This document shows, piece by piece, positions 47,868 through 48,519 of a DNA stretch of 48,519 nucleotides. The notes beneath the pieces are model-generated. The model searched no databases and was not told the origin of the DNA. It worked only from the letters and a program-made list of their open reading frames with translations. Each line of letters begins with the position of its first letter. Positions within the stretch are counted from its first letter, which is position 1. A program made the position numbers and the translations under genes. Source of the stretch: Sulfurimonas sp. (lineage in GTDB: Bacteria; Campylobacterota; Campylobacteria; Campylobacterales; Sulfurimonadaceae); NCBI GenBank assembly GCA_016735225.1, contig JAERRX010000038.1, forward strand, positions 1 through 48,519, read 5' to 3'.

Positions 47868-48209
47868 ATGTTAGATATTGAAAATATAAAAAAACAAATA
47901 GTGTTTTCACTAATGCCACTCAATCCGCATAAAATTGTACTATTTGGAAGCTATGCTTATGGAGTCCCCACAAAACATAGTGATATAGATTTGTATATTG
48001 TTACAAATGATGATTTTATCCCTCAAAATTTTAAAGAAGAATCAGAGATATACCTTCAATATTCACAAAAAATAAGAGATTTACAAAAAATAATACCAAT
48101 AGATATAATCACACATACAAAAGCGATGTATAAAAAGTTCGTATCACTAGAGAGTAGTTTTTCTAAAGAGATAGAAACAACAGGAGATATTTTATGGGTA
48201 GAGAACTAG
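47868..48209 (+). CDS. Minimal nucleotidyltransferase (MNT) antitoxin-like protein
   Basis: LFGSYAYG.....SDIDL (GSx10DxD), later IDI; overlaps the HEPN remnant. Confidence 0.88.
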   Translation: MLDIENIKKQIVFSLMPLNPHKIVLFGSYAYGVPTKHSDIDLYIVTNDDFIPQNFKEESEIYLQYSQKIRDLQKIIPIDIITHTKAMYKKFVSLESSFSKEIETTGDILWVEN

Positions 48210-48382
48210 CACGAGAGTGGGTCAGAGCTTCATTAGATAAGTTGTATATAGATGCTAGGTATCCTGGTAATTTTGGATTACTGCCGTATGGTAAGCCAAC
48301 TCTTGGTGATGCTATCATATTTCATGATATAGCAAAAGATATTTTTAAGTATGCAAATAGTGCAATACTAATAAACAATTAG
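48194..48382 (+). pseudogene. HEPN-domain gene with internal in-frame deletion
   Basis: HEPN-like N-terminus (AREW..AS.D) joined directly to the C-terminus (LYIDARYPG.FGLLPYGKPT..DA); central helices absent; 62 aa, roughly half the usual length. Confidence 0.7.
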
Positions 48383-48393
48383 GAAAAAATAAA

Positions 48394-48519
48394 ATGATAA
48401 AAAAAATACTACTAGCAACTAGCTTAGTTGTTTCTCTAAGTGCTTATGAGATAATGATAGATGAGAGTTTATCTTCAAAAGAGATGCGAGCTATATCGAA
48501 TATGTTGATTTCAAAGTCA
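48394..48519 (+). CDS. Exported protein, cut off by the window end
   Basis: MIKKILLATSLVVSLSA signal peptide, AGGA upstream, open to the window end. Confidence 0.65.
   Translation, partial: MIKKILLATSLVVSLSAYEIMIDESLSSKEMRAISNMLISKS

Overview
AT-rich chromosomal window from a Campylobacterota bacterium. Gene order, the separate rpoB and rpoC genes and the TGnTATAAT promoters point to a Sulfurimonas-like genome (inference). The left part holds housekeeping and redox genes: hemerythrin, aroK, hisD, an orphan CATG-type adenine methylase, a fused AhbAB/NirDL siroheme decarboxylase, a class V aminotransferase, hisZ, purA, fliJ and motE. The centre is the conserved minus-strand cluster tRNA(Thr,Tyr,Gly,Thr)-tuf-rpmG-tRNA(Trp)-secE-nusG-rplKAJL-rpoBC. 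The right part is accessory and holds the best candidates for undescribed biology: (i) a three-gene operon of FecR protein, CHASE2 adenylate cyclase and a GAF + HD-GYP + class II cAMP phosphodiesterase triple fusion; (ii) a 917-aa O-antigen-ligase-like/WecA fusion that, with one glycosyltransferase and a flippase, looks like a minimal glycan assembly line, interrupted by a leaderless pair of tiny membrane proteins; (iii) a stand-alone PAS protein coupled to a chemoreceptor with two tandem NIT domains; (iv) an MNT-HEPN pair whose HEPN gene has an internal in-frame deletion. All calls come from motif recognition by eye; no database search was run.
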